From Phoronis australis (Eukaryota > Animalia > Phoronida), in contig NMRA01000270.1 of assembly GCA_002633005.1 (NCBI GenBank), positions 1-64,000 of the forward strand: a stretch of DNA of 64,000 nt. Direction: 5' to 3'. Under the pieces are notes generated by a model that did not search any database, was not told the DNA's origin, and saw only the letters and a list, made by a program, of their open reading frames with translations. The position numbers and the translations under genes were made by a program. This document shows, piece by piece, positions 1 to 13,800 of this stretch (positions are counted from its first letter, which is position 1; each line of letters starts with the position of its first letter).

Positions 1-440
1 GCCCCCTGGGCCCCCCCCTAAATCCGCCTATGACTCATTCCTTATCAGGTTTCTCTCTCCACTTTAAAAATGTTACTATAAACAACTATGATGAAAACTG
101 CCATATCATATTAGACATAAATTGTTAGTTACATCATTTTCGGCCAAAGTACGATTAGAAAACGGCAGGCTGAAAGAACATAACACATAAGACAAAAGTA
201 ACATTTATAAGCACTGTGTTAACAACCACCAAGCCAATTCAATCAATATTATTTGTAAAGAACCTGCTAAGGAATTACTGTGCATCAATGAGTCATTGGC
301 CATTCAGGACCAGCATGCTACTAGAGCTCAGTGACCCTGTAACTATGGTGATGACCTACTTATTTTCCCGGTCTCTCTCATTCTCATTTCACCACATGAA
401 TGTGACTTGAATGAATATCGACACTTGTTGTCCTACTGTA

Positions 441-488
441 CATGTCCTGATGATGTCTTATGAATAGATGAAACGTTGAGTCAACATG
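441..488 (+). ncRNA. Minimal type I hammerhead ribozyme motif (Penelope-like pLTR relic)
   Basis: CATGT-C-CTGATGA-T-GTCT-TATGAAT-AGAT-GAAAC-GTTGA-GTC-A-ACATG. It has a canonical CUGAUGA box (447-453), stem II GUCU/AGAU, GAAA box, a minimal stem III overlapping palindromic AACGTT, a GUC cleavage triplet (480-482) and stem I CATGT/ACATG. Confidence 0.7.
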
Positions 489-1718
489 AACTTTTTTATG
501 AGTTGTGCGGCGATTGTCCGTTTTCTAATAAATTGGTAGGTATGTATGTTCGAATGTTTAGAGATTCTGCCGTCGCCGTTGACCATCTCCAATGCTTTCC
601 GTTTGGGATTGTGTTGCCAGTATTCTAAATAAATACATTTTTTTCAGTAAATTCATCCTGCATATATCAGTAACAATTATCACTTGTAACCAGCAGATAG
701 CGGTTTATACCTTGGTTTGCATGGAATCCAAATTAGACTGTGTGCCATTTAAATGAAAAGAAACACATACACAAATGACAGCAGTCGTTATTGTATTCTT
801 GTGTTTGTATGTATAGGTGTATCTGATTAAATAAAGTTTTCCTTCTCTCTCTCTCTAACGGCATTTAAGACAAGAACCCAAAACAGTTTCGTAGATTTTC
901 TGAACGCTGTCAGCTTTACTTAAAGAATTAAAATTGCTATGTACTATTCATTATTTTTTTCAAAACGGGTTTTTCAACAGAGTCGATTCAGCGTCAGACA
1001 TTAAAACTCTTCTTTGCCTTCTATCGAGACTTTCATATAGCAACTTAGTGACTGGTCACGTGGGACTGGACCAGAGGTTTCTAGAGGACGAGGAGACATT
1101 TTGCAACCTTTGTTTAAAGGGCATTCGGTGTCTTCACATACTGATGCACTGTAAAATAGTCTTTTCTAGAAGTCAAATTGTTCCTCTGTGCACCCGCTTC
1201 GACGACAGAGTAACTTCTGGATCAGCTGGGTGGCGATATGAGCAAGGAGTGTTGTACAGGGGTGTAGTATTCTACGTACACTCCTTGATATGAGTCACCG
1301 GTCCCACGCTATCAACCTCCATTACTTCCTGAAACTCTCCCACTTAGTCTAACTCGTGAGACGTCAACAGTAGTGAAATGCAGGTCATGCAACATGCAGC
1401 ACCGAGAACGGCTGCCAAACAATGGACATTTCAAGTGCGTTCAAAAATGCTTCGACAAAGAGATAATTTATGAAAAAGTGAAACAGACGAAATTAAGCCA
1501 AATTATTGAACCGAATCTAAGTAAAACAACAAAACACGCAAACTAGTGTAAGTGCTAGCTTACGTGTAATGCAGTCGAGTTTCAAGTGTGGTATCGTATC
1601 TACATGTAGTTGCTTGACGTACGCCGTTTCCACTTCCAGGCTGAGAGAGGCCTTGTGTATCGTTGTGCGGCTGTAGGGTCAATTTGGACTAAAAATGTAG
1701 AAAACTGTTTGTACTTAC

Positions 1719-1770
1719 CACTCACGTAGAGCACGAGCAGGCCGGCATGTTGTAAAATACATAAACCCAT
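1719..1770 (-). CDS. Possible first (signal-peptide) exon of an unidentified gene
   Basis: AAAATG start, MGLCILQHAGLLVLYVS, then a phase-1 G|GTAAGT donor. No convincing downstream exon could be joined inside the window. Confidence 0.3.
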
Positions 1771-4700
1771 TTTCGCCGATTTCTCTGCGCTACTAGACCG
1801 AGAAGCAACAGCTTTGTGACCAGTCAAAAGGTCACGGATTCCTTATTCCTCGACACCCATTGGCTACCTTTCAGTGACCCTGATGTACTGCTCGTGATGT
1901 ACTGTAGCGTAAACACTGTTGTTTTGCAAAGTTTTGACAAAGGAAGTTGCGCAATGATACGGCCAAAGGGAGTCCCGAACTTTGAAATGTGTTTACCAGG
2001 ATTTGGTTTTACTGACAACTAAGGGCGATTTTCTTATTTCAGCAATGCGTTGCCAGGAAGGTTCAAGTGGCAAATCAACGATTTTTGGCAATTATCCAAA
2101 AGTTATTGTAGAATTATTGCCTTAACTGAGAAAAAAATAATGTGAATAGTTTCTTCGTTTGTTCTATGACATACTAAGGTGTACCCCTAATTATTTTCTT
2201 CTTGAAATATGTGAGGAACTAGAAATCAACTTCCGGAGCACAAATTTGCAGACTAAATTTCGAAACTAGTTTTTATTACCCGAAACGTTACCGCACTCTG
2301 TTTTTCCACGTGATCCTTGATGTTTTTTGAGTTACGGCGTGTTGAAGGTAACCCCCCATTGCCAAAAACTGGAAATTTGGACTTGAACCCACATTTTTGA
2401 AGTAGATTTTGAGAAAAAATAAAAATCTGAAGGTGGTTTTGAATGCATTTATGAACAGAATGATTGCCGATGAGATAAGACTCATATTCATTTGTCAAAC
2501 CTTAACAACAAAGCACCTAACTACGCAAGGCCGTAAAAGTGTAGGGCCGGGGGGTACGTGGCAAAAAAATTGCAGGGGTCAGGGTGGCAACCGACATACA
2601 TGTAGGCATGGAATTGGGGACAGTCGAGAAAAGAAAGACTGCGAAACAAGGACATGAGAGAAAATTCAAGAGATAATTTGAAAACTCAGTATCAGTGCAT
2701 GGTTTACCCTTTGAGAGCCCTGGCCAGGACATTGTTGTGAGGGTCTCTGTTTTTGCAGCATAGATCGACTAAACACACCTGAATACATGCACTTAATCAT
2801 TCATGCATGCATTTCGAAAAATAGAGAATGATTTGTAATGCGAAGCTTTGGGAGTGTATGAAATTCACTGGATTTTTAAATTTAATAAGACAGTTTTGCT
2901 GCAAAATTATATTTTTCCAGAGGCCCCTCTTTGGCAAAGGATACCGGAGACAACAGTCGCTCTATTTTTTTGTTTTTTTTCTCGAAATTGTAAATCACTT
3001 CAGAAAATTGATGACCTGACAGGTAACACCAACTGCTGCGCATTCCTGATTTTTGAAAACTAAATATTGATCTTTTCATATTTAGGGGCCCAGTCCTTGA
3101 AGGGAGCCATTGGTGACATGCAAGCTGCCACCATTTTCGTGTTTTCATTGACAAATTCTTAAGGGGCCGCTCACAAAGCGAGTGCCCAATGTTGGAATCG
3201 ATTACCTCTACTTTCATTTTGAGGAGTGTCACTTCTTGCAGGGTCACACGACGATGGAATTAGTTGTCACTCTTTTCCGAGCTTAATGATGCTTAGCCTT
3301 TCATCGTAAGGTGTCCCATAACAGACGGGAACCTCTCTCTGCGGGGCAGTTAGGGTTAATTGTCCCTTTGTCCCTCTATACATGTAAATCCGACACTGCC
3401 AAGTATTTAAGAAGGAAAGCTGAGATTCCAAACTCACCAAAAACACAACACACCCGTGCAGAGCACACCAGTATCAAAACATTCGCTCCAAACTACCAAA
3501 AAAATGTGAAAAATAACAATAAAATTGACAGCCATCGAAAGGTGGAATTTTGAAGAGGTTGAAGGCCACTGTTTGCGAATTACACAAGAGGTCTATTTCT
3601 GATGGTTAGTTATAAAATAATGTTACTTTTTCCATAGTATTAAAAGAATGGTACTTCTTTTGAAGATCATTACTAGGAGTTGTTTGTAAGAAATTCGCAC
3701 CTGTCGAAAAGACTGTCGAGGCTACGATTTGTGATCGAAAGTACTCGTAAACATCAACAAAGATGTCTGCGTTTTTAAGAGTTAAAGTTTGTCTTGAACC
3801 GTTATAGGAACCTCTAAAATGAGCAAAAATGCACCTTAATATGAATGCCTCATCTCCCCTGTTCCCCTGGTTACCCGTCAAAAATCTGTGAGCATACCTG
3901 CGGAAATTACTGACAATATTCCGTTTTTATGAACAAATTCGTTGGTTTCTGAATTAAATGTTGATGTATCTACGAAAATAGACAGATTCATAGATACTTT
4001 TTGACAATTAGAAGCGAATCTTGTAAGAGTTGATGAAGTTTAAGTTAGTGAATTTAGTTGCAGTCTGAAGTTGTAAAACTTTCTAATCCAATCCCCAAAT
4101 AGTACAGTACACTTAGACAATATTTCCCTATCTAAAACAACTCTCAAAGACATTGATGAAAATCGGACAGTTCCATGCGCCCACCCTGCCTAAAAATGGG
4201 GGGCTCGAATTTTTGACAATGTGGACCTTTTACTAAGATTCCCGGGGTACGTTCAGGGCTATGAATTGTGCATTCGACGAATTTTTGCAGTTCCTGCCTT
4301 TTTAGTGGGATTTTGTCTCGTTTTTTACTTTTTTGGGAGTGTTTGTATCTTTGAGTTGGACCTTACTGCCTACGTCACGAAATGGGGGTCGTTCGAACGT
4401 CAAATCTATCAGGAAACAAATCATCTGAAAACAGTTTCACGAAACCAAAACATCCTGTGCACAGTGGTGAAAAGATACACTGGACCAGTTAGCAGGGGGA
4501 CCAGATGTACACTGAGAGTACACAAAAAGCTGACCTGGTCCGTCACGAGACCAAGAGTACACCTGTGGTTATTATCCCTATAAAAATAGTCGGTCTGTCG
4601 CGGGACCAAACAGTACTGGCTGAGATAAATAGTTTTACAAAGCACACCTTGGTAAAAAAATCACAAGACTAGTTCGCCGAGGGACCAGAAGTACACTGAA

Positions 4701-4814
4701 ACTCAACATCTACACAAATCAAGCTGGCCTGGTCTGTCGCGAGACCTAAAGTGTACTATGCAAAAAATTTTAATTGAAAACTTCTCTCTAAAATTTTAAT
4801 CCCCAGTGGTTACT

Positions 4815-5230
4815 CATACGTTAGTCCTATCCTTCTGTTGTCTAGACTGTCGAGGAATTTGTATATCGGATCCAGTGATTTGCTCGTCTTGGAACCATTC
4901 TACCCAGATATCTTCGATGTTTGTTCCCAACGCTTGCACTTCGTCAACTGCTGTGTCAATGAGCTAGTAAGCCTCTACAATGTCAGCATCTCGTTTCGCA
5001 GCTCAGTTCACACTAAGACCCTTGAGGTTGTCAAGTCCATTCAAAAGACTTACATGCACAACTAAATTTGATCCGTTCATCATGGGCTACTTCAAACCTT
5101 GACGAAGCATCCCAGGACCTATTTGCATCTCTTGCAATTTTCGAAATAAACGTCCCAATGTCTGAACGCTTGAAACCCGAAGTACTAATATCAAATAAAT
5201 GCCCATGGGCATGAGCGTTTCATCGGGTGA
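4815..5230 (-). mobile_element. Degenerate hAT transposase fragment (THAP12/PRKRIR/ZMYM1-like)
   Basis: The minus strand reads LLNGLDNLKGLSV.. / KRDADIVEAY*LIDTAVDEVQALGTNIEDIWVEWFQD..IQIPRQSRQQKDRTNV with stops and frameshifts. This matches the LSxxLQ..DI..A....I.....W.....PR....Q..R.N region of hAT transposases. Confidence 0.65.
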
Positions 5231-7169
5231 GCCTTTATGCGGAAATTCCCAGTATAGAAGACGGCAGTGTGCTTATTGCAGGTAGACAGGTGTTGAGGTC
5301 GGAACTAGGGCTCCTTAGGAGGCCTGTTGAACATCGCACGAGTCCCGCAAAACTTTGTTGTGAAAGAACAGCCTCCCCGCAATTTCTGGTACTGTACACT
5401 TTTCGCGAATGCGGTCACTTTCTCAATGTGAGTGCCCCCTTGGTCATTCCTTGTATAGACATAACTTGTTATAGAGTGTGTCTTCAAACGGACTCGCGAC
5501 CGACCACGGCGCCCGCCACAATAGCAATTCTTCGGAAAAAGAATTATTTTCAAAAATATTACATGTACATGTACACAATATTACATGTACATGTACACTG
5601 TATAATATTGCGCAAGACAACTTTACTATACATCAGTTACAAACGTGTGGAGTGTAATAGAATGGCAAGGCATTACAGACGAGGTAAAAACGTTGCACGT
5701 CAATTCGCTTGAATATCAGGGTTGCGGCACCACAGTATTTCCCCTAATCAAATCAAAATATATCTTAGAGTAAAGAAGCTAGTTACCTAAAGAAATCAGC
5801 TATAGAACTGCTCTTTCAGCGGTGAATCCATCTAAAATGCTTGGCTACTTCAGAAGTGTCGACCGAAGCGCGCGCACAATAAATCCCCGCGCGTTTTGCC
5901 GATGAGCCACAATACAAAAAACTATATTTTCAGAGTGAACCTCCCCCTCAATTTTTTCCAAGTTGGTTTACTTGGGGTTTACACACGCTGACAGTGCCGT
6001 TTTTGTTTTGCTGGAGACGCTTTTGTTTTTTTTTTTTTAATTTTTGGGTCCTGGCCCGAGGGGGGGGTTTAAACCCCCTGAACCCCCCCGTAGATCCGCC
6101 ACTGCACAATTCAAATGACAATAAATGCACTGTTTACTGAGTGAAGAACACGATTAGCGGTTTACATTCACAAACAGGAGATCAAAAGCAATTAAGTCTT
6201 CTGATCAAATTAAACGCATCGCTCATTAACTTCCGTGATATTTTTAGTTTCCAGTTATATTGCGCAATAAATTTCGTTCTCCAGGTAACTAAACTGAGAC
6301 TTTTGTTTGCATACGAAGCACGTGATGCCTCACGCGCGGTCTTTGAAAAAACATGTAAACCGTGAAGTAAGCACGGGCGCAGAATTTGATGTACAGGAAC
6401 TGAATTTGAACTCCCCGCGTTGTACTGAAGACCGAGTACATGTTTCTAGGGTACCCTGTGAATCATTGTCCCCCAGACACCTGAAATTGTGCTACGCGAG
6501 TTTTAACAAGAGATTTTTAACAGCCACAAAAGCAGTGTACCAGAGACTCCGGAACCTCACCCGTTCAAAATTCATACCTTCAAAACATAACTCCAAAATG
6601 GTGTTCCCCAAATGAAACTGGACGATAAAGGTACCTTAGGGCCAGTACAGATCGGTCGGATAAGTAAGAGCTGAGCTGCCCGTCTCAAGCTGACCAGCGG
6701 CTAGCCTAGTTAATCGAATTCGTACTTTCACACCTTCAGTCGGCGTGAGCTACCGGTATATAGTTCGTGAGACACACAGTCCAACTCTCAGGTATGAGTT
6801 GCGCTGGCCGGTCTCATTTTCAAACTCCGTGAAATTTTGTTGAAACAGGGTTACCTCCCGGGAGGTTTGCATCCCCCTTATGTCAGGCATGAGGGTGAAA
6901 TTGGTGGCATCCGGATAATTGTGGAGTTGGCCATAAGAAAGGGGTAGGGGCAACATTTTGACGAAAACGAAATGGTTCATGTGCCCCTTCACCCCAATAA
7001 TTTTACCTTCCTACGGGCCTGTTTGGCCACCGACGCAATTTCTGTATCTATTTCGTACTTGGGTTACTAACCTCCCAGCGCCTGGAGTGTTTAAGAATGA
7101 ACTGTTGACCTACTTCAAAGCGGACCACAATGCACCAGCTTGACCCACTTGATATGTTGGCTACGCTCG

Positions 7170-8312
7170 TCACCTAGTTGGAATCGATGCATTGGAAATC
7201 GTTTGGAAAAATGTTTTTGTGACAAGTAAGTTAACTACCCACTGCAAATTCAGATGACATTGCTCGTGAATGTTGAAACTCGAACATGGCTAAGGAATGT
7301 TTTGGTCATATTGATCCAAAACAAGTTTGCTTCAAGATGCTGCAGAGGACTTAGGACATACAGGTATGGGCGTAAAAAAACAAAACTGCCAATAGGAGGC
7401 GCCACAGTAGTCGAAGTCGTCGGAAAATCATTGCCAATCGTCCTCTTTATAGTAAGAACATACATGACAATTTTCACAATCATCCTTAGAGTGGTTTGGT
7501 TGACGGAGAGACGGACGCCAAAAACAGACATGAAAACAATAAAATGGCATCTAGGTGGCGCAAAATACCTCAAATCCATACGAAAACGGGAGGACAGCGT
7601 CACCTCATTAATAGATGCCAATGGTGCCAAATTTTATAGAAATCCGTTGAGGACTTTGAAGATACAGAGGTAAACGTAAAAAACTAAAATTGCCAAGAGG
7701 GGGCAAACCCGTAGTCTGATCTGTCCGAAAGTCGTTGTCGTCCGTTGTCAACTTCATATAAATACACTTGCTAAATTTGATAAAGACCCTGTAGAGCGTT
7801 TAGAAGATACAGCCATGGGCGCAAAAAAAAAACTGCCACTAGGAGGCGCTACAGTAGTCATAGTCTTCAGAAATTCATCGTCAACCGTCCTCTTCATAGT
7901 AAAAATATACATGCCAATTTTCATAATCATCCTTAGAGTGGTTTGGTTGATAGAGGGGTGGACGCCAAAAAAACGGACTCGAAAATAGTAAAAATGCCCA
8001 CTAGATGACGCAAAATGCCTCGAACCCCTCTGAAAACGAGGGGATAGCGTCACCTCATAAATAGATGTCTATGAACATCGGTTGACGACCTTTGAAGATA
8101 CAGAGGCAAACGTAAAAAACTAAAATTGCCACTATGGGGCACAGCGGTATTCGAGTCAGTCCGGAATTAGTCGCTCTCTGTCATCAACCCCATAGGAGCA
8201 CACCCGCCAAATTTCAGTAAGATCCTGCAAGGGGTATAGGAGATACATCGCCGCGGACGCCGGACAGAGATGACGGTAATATGCACCCACATATAAATAT
8301 GATGGCACATAA
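7170..8312 (-). mobile_element. Diverged, inverted copy of the Helentron-type HINE with ~450-bp tandem core
   Basis: Reverse complement matches 31081-32700: 5' hairpin ATGTGCCATCATATTTATATGTGGGTGCAT at 8281-8310, a GTCC-like tract, and about two core units with CTCF-like motifs. No 3' terminus was seen. Confidence 0.8.
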
Positions 8313-9039
8313 AAATTGTTCGTAGTCCGCCATTACCCTCTGACACAGCGCCATCTATCCTGAATAGTGGCCCTGTGGAAACTACCCTATGACACAGCGC
8401 CACCTATACTGAGCAGTGGCCAGTGGAAACATAATGAACGACACACGGAATTCCGTGTGTGGGCATCAATGCGCATGCTTGGTTGGAAGTTTATGGATCA
8501 CATCACCACTTGCACACGCCTTCATGGCACTGTACTTGTTTGGGCTTAGCTACGGGAGCGGGGTTCCATTGATTTTGTTAGCTTCGGTCACTGTCCGCTT
8601 TAATAAATTGCATCTACCGGGTATTCAAGTCAATGGTTGTCGCCATACTACGTAACAGTACAGTGAAAGGGGTTTCCCAGTTTTCAACCAATGGGAATGA
8701 TTGAATGTTATGACGCCGGTTTCATTACTTTAACCAATGAGAAGTCATGACAAACATCAATCCACAGTACTACCTTTGGAGGCACTGAACAGTTCTCACA
8801 GTGGTTTGCCGGTCAGAACACACGTCAATGCACTGTTCACCCTTTCTTCACTGTCAAAAACTGCATGCAAATAAAGAAAAGTTTTGAGTCATTTCACATC
8901 ACAAGCCCTACAGATGAGCACAGAAACTTTATTCCCTCTTGCATTTTGACCCTTTCACTCCCAGTGGAAACCAAGTCAGACTAAGAAAAATAAGTATCCA
9001 TCCACAAATAAATAGCCTTGTGTGATAGAAATAATTTTA

Positions 9040-9189
9040 GAGTGGTAAAATTTAGCTGAAATAAACGTTTTTGCATGAATAAAGTCAAAATAATGATAAA
9101 AAATGAAAAAAGAAGAAAGTGGAAATCAAATAAGAGGAAATCGAAACCAAAACAGGAAATCCTCTGAAGAAGAAAATTCCAAGCCTTGA
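9040..9189 (-). mobile_element. hAT-like MITE end, family with TIR CAGGGCTTGGAATTTTCCTC
   Basis: Matches 27927-28080 (+) and 46775-46920 (+). A further terminus GAGGAAAATTCCAAGCCCTG lies at ~10350-10369. Confidence 0.6.
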
Positions 9190-10823
9190 CAAGCGAGACT
9201 CTTAAGGTACGGCTCCATTCAATCAGCGATTTCTCGGCAAAGTTAGACCGCAAACCCGACAATGACACTGGTCACTCTTTATAAGTGCCGACCTGTTACC
9301 CTTCAGGATGCCATCCCGCCACACCATCCAACTTCTCGACACACGGCTACATTGACATGTATTATCATATACTATTGTAATTTCCCATGCGACATAGCCC
9401 TATTTTGGCGCTCGATTAAAAAGAAAAAACGGTACGATTTGGGTTTTTTGCGGAATCCGCAATTTGCCATTCAACTACAAAAAACAACAAAAAACGCTGT
9501 CGGGTATTTTGGGTGTTACAGCTCCCATTCGACAAAAAACACTGTTGGTATGTCGTTGTGTGTTGCGGCGAACATATCAACCTTACGTTTTGGCTTAGAC
9601 CTAGGCGTCGAGCTCTTTATTCTGGAGTCCCTCTTTTCAATCCTGTTGTTCCGTTTTTTCGTTCTTGAATGTTGACCATGACAACTGTGCAACAGGTGTT
9701 CAAAATAACATCTCTTTTTATTAAAATCATTGTTTCCAGAGTCCACTTTCTTTGGTAATAGAACAGTCGTAAAAATGTGTTCCAGTGACTCTTGTTTACG
9801 GTAACACACACTACAATGTATCACGATCACTAACTTTTACTTCCTGAAGAAAAGTGTTTATTTCAGTCTAAACTTTCATGAAAAGTCATGCCATCAGTGT
9901 GATGAGCACAGTACATTCTATGTCACGTGATAGATGTTTGCACATTTTTCATCTATCAGGAAACCTTTATCTGCCAATTTTCAGATAGATACTTGGAGTA
10001 GTTCATGGCATTTTTTGAAAATATCGCTGCATTCTGAATTTTTATTGAATAATTGTATCAAAAGGTTCAATTATAATAAATAAAGATGTATAATTTTGGA
10101 TAAATGCCTGACTAAACTATCCACAGCAAGTGTGAGGGACCCATTTCTACAATCGTTGACCTTATAAGGTAGAAATCTCTTTAAACATTGAAATTATCTC
10201 CCTGTTGCTTTGATTAGTCACTTGTATAAACTCTCTGGTTCATTTCCTTTTTATGTTACTACTGCTGTTTTTTCGCAGTTTGGAAACTTTCGGTTTTTAG
10301 AATTAAAAAATGAACCAGTCAGGTAAGCGAAATGATAATTACTTGGAAAGAGGAAAATTCCAAGCCCTGAGTTATCCAACTGTGAAATTCCGGAAGAGCT
10401 ACTTTCAATATTTCACATGTTACGTAACTACCGTTATTTCCCATTAACATTCCGGCAACGTGACCATGAATTACGACAACTATTTTACTGCAGCGAACTT
10501 GAAAGTTCTTTAGTGTCTAGAGTAATGTCATCTCTACACTGGTGTAACTAGTCATAAAGTACAAAATGAAACGCTGAACAAGAGTTATAAAAACAAAGAA
10601 CAGAAATGGTACGCCAATAGTCGAAGGTAGGGGTAGGAATCTGGAGACCGAGACAAGCATACCTAACACTTATAAGTCAGGGCCTCCCCGAGAAACTTTA
10701 ATAAGGCATAGCAAAAGTGCATGAGCCGAAAATATAAGTAAATGACGATTCTACACGTTCATGGAATTCCTGAATACTAAAAACAGCCTTGTGAGCAAAA
10801 ATGGGAGACAGACAACTGCAAGG

Positions 10824-13800
10824 TCAATACAAGTTTTTAAGCAGTAAGAAACCAGCGACTACCAATGTCCAGTAAGTCAACGTAGGACCAACACCGGCGT
10901 TGATGACACAGTCAAAGGATGCCTGTTTAAAGACCATGGAGAAGACTAGCTTAGCACTTTCCACAATCAGTCCACGGGCACTCGCACCACAGCTCTCGCC
11001 GGCAACATTTCCCGCGCAACCGATATAGTCGTTGGTGTACCTAGAATTAATGAAGATTCGCCATTGACTTAAACGAGCACCTCTGTAAGTAATGATTGCA
11101 AGAATAGTGAAGCGGTTGCAAAACCACATTCCATGACAAAAAAAAATATTTCAAACCATTTGCCGTTATGACATTGCTTTCAAAGTGTTAGTTAGTCAAA
11201 TAGGGGGTGATTTCAGGCCTTCGAGAGAACTTACAGTCCGTTATATAAGCTCGGGACCAGATTCTTTAAGTTGGCTTGCCACGACGTGTCATTCAACACA
11301 CCGAGCACAATCTCAAGGAATAAACAGCTCCAAGTTCTTTGAAAACCCGAAACCCCTTCTCATCCGGGTAATAAAGTAGTCTAACACTAACGTTATAGTG
11401 GTAAGTGGTCTAAATCAAATGTTCGTTTTTGGGCGGAACCCCGGTATCGCCATGTTTTAAGCACGCCCTCAGCATGCGCGCAACCCAGGAAAGAGGGGGG
11501 AGGAGGCTCGAACGAGCCCCACATTTGACGAAGTGGGCAAAAAGGTCCGCCTCAGAGAAACAAAAAACTCCGTAAAATGTGTAAAATGAGACAAAAGACC
11601 ACTAAAAATGCAGGAACTACCAAAATTGGAGCCCCGTATTTTTAGGCTGGGTACGCGCATGCTTCAAATATTAATTACAACTCGATTACTGAGATGTCAG
11701 AGGGTTTATTTTAGTTAAAAGTTGATAAAAACCAGTTTTGAGTAACATTTCCAGTATGGAGGGTGTAGTTTCATTATAACAGACCAAGTGATGTGTGGAA
11801 GAAAAAAATGCACTGTGTAAATTCGACCGTTCACTTTATACCTGCAGAGTTTATTTAATTTCTCCCGTGCGGAGCCATATGAAAATTTCAGCGACTGACT
11901 CTGCTCGCCATATTTGTCCAGGCACACTTGCAATTGGTCTTCCAGTTCCTTTTTAAACAGGCATTCGTTGTTCTCAATGTAGACTAAAATAAAAAGCAAA
12001 AGAAATAATTCGCCAATTAAAATGCATGCTTGTTTTCAAAAATAAAGTGTCGCAAATTTTAATTGGCTATTGTGCTATATAGTGTACGACATACCACGGT
12101 AATAATCAATAATCAATAATCTAAAATTTAGTCAAAAAATAATGCAGCATTTGCCACTTAATCGACTTTAAACGTGAAATCAAGATAAGTGCTAATTAAG
12201 CTAATTAAAGGCGACTAGCCACGATAACATCGCTTTCAACGTTCAACCGGAATTGAGGCATGACTTGCGACTAGATTAAAGCAGTCCAATTTTGCATAAG
12301 CTGGTCAGCCATCTAGCTGTTTGATGACTATCTTCAAAATACAGCGAGGTACCACTGTATGTTGAGCTCCGTTAAACCCCGAAATTTCACACACCCCGGG
12401 TAGTTCTGCTAGTCACCTTGTCGTAAAACTTATATCAAAATGGAGAGCTAACGACCGGTGGGGTGCATGGAAAATATGGGAGTCAACCGACTCTCACCTT
12501 GCCCGTTGCAGCCGCTTAGGTGAAAAACAATCTAATAAACGTTATTTTCTGGCATTATTCTCCGCCTTTTGTAGCAAAGAAAAGTCTCTCTTCGTTTTCA
12601 AAACAGTCCGTTCGTGACACGCGGCAGCAAAGTTTCTTCTGAAATTCGGTTTGCTGGTATTAAAATACTAAGAACTTGTAACGAAATGAAACGCAACCTC
12701 GTGGAAGAGAAGAACAGTTGATTGACGAATCGGGAAAAAAGAAACTGGCCAACAGGTGACCAGTGCTGTAGTGGTAAAATGAGACGTAAGTAGGCGCCCA
12801 AAACCCACCGTATCACCTTGAGCACTGAATGTAACTTACGGTGCGTAGATGCTACGTTCAACTGCCAAAAGTTGGTTGGCTGCGCCTACGTGCGCCTACG
12901 CCCCACTACAGCACTGCAGGTGACGCAATATTTCACGGCAACGAAAGCCCATGTAAAAGATCGCACCAGAATTTTAGCAGCCAAATAAAGGTAGGACGCT
13001 AATTTTCCAACACCGCTAAATAATTCGGTCTACTCTAGGAAGAGTGTAGTTTTTAATGACACTAATTTTGAGTCAGATTTCATTTGATCGTTTTTTACCT
13101 ACATCGGCTGTATATTTAGTATACAGCTTTGCACCAAGGCAGCTCTGTGGTTTTCTGGAGCGTTTTTATCATGTAAATCTTCATAATCATCTTCTTAGGG
13201 ACGGCAAATAAAGTTCAATCATTTTAAGGTGAATTTAGAAACCGATTGTGTCGGGATAAGTGGCGTAGTTTGATTTTGATTTCCCGACAACTGAAACCAA
13301 GAGGAAATGCAAACACAACTTAATTTATCCGTGACGACGTGTCTAATATGCAGACAATTATGAGTCGTTACTGAACTTTGAGATGAAATGGCAACGTTTC
13401 GCCAACGTCTGCTGTTTTTTTAAGACCGTGCGACATTTGGCGGATTAGGTTGGAGTTGAGAAAATCGGCGAGAAACTCAAGTCAGAATCCTGGCCCAGGT
13501 GTGCGATAGGTGGACCCTCAAGACTCCTCTTAGGTTCAAAGAAGGATTTCCAATTCTTTCATATGTACACTCCACGACTCCCCGTTCAAACCAATTTTAT
13601 CCTTGTCAAGGATTAGTACATTATCAAGGACAAAGCTGTGACCAGATTCCTGGAACTGGGAAAATACGGCAAAGTCATAAGTGTCACCGTAATTAGGCCG
13701 ACGATGTTGTGACAACCTTGTTCTGAAGGGCGGCTTAGTTTCCTCTACATAAGTTTCAGAGCACTCTCCACATTGTATTCCATAGACCGTATTAGCTATC

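Noticed and set aside
7250-8053. ORFs of 99-139 aa in the 450-bp repeats (also 31993-32686)
   Set aside because: Chance frames in the non-coding HINE core; not conserved as ORFs between copies.
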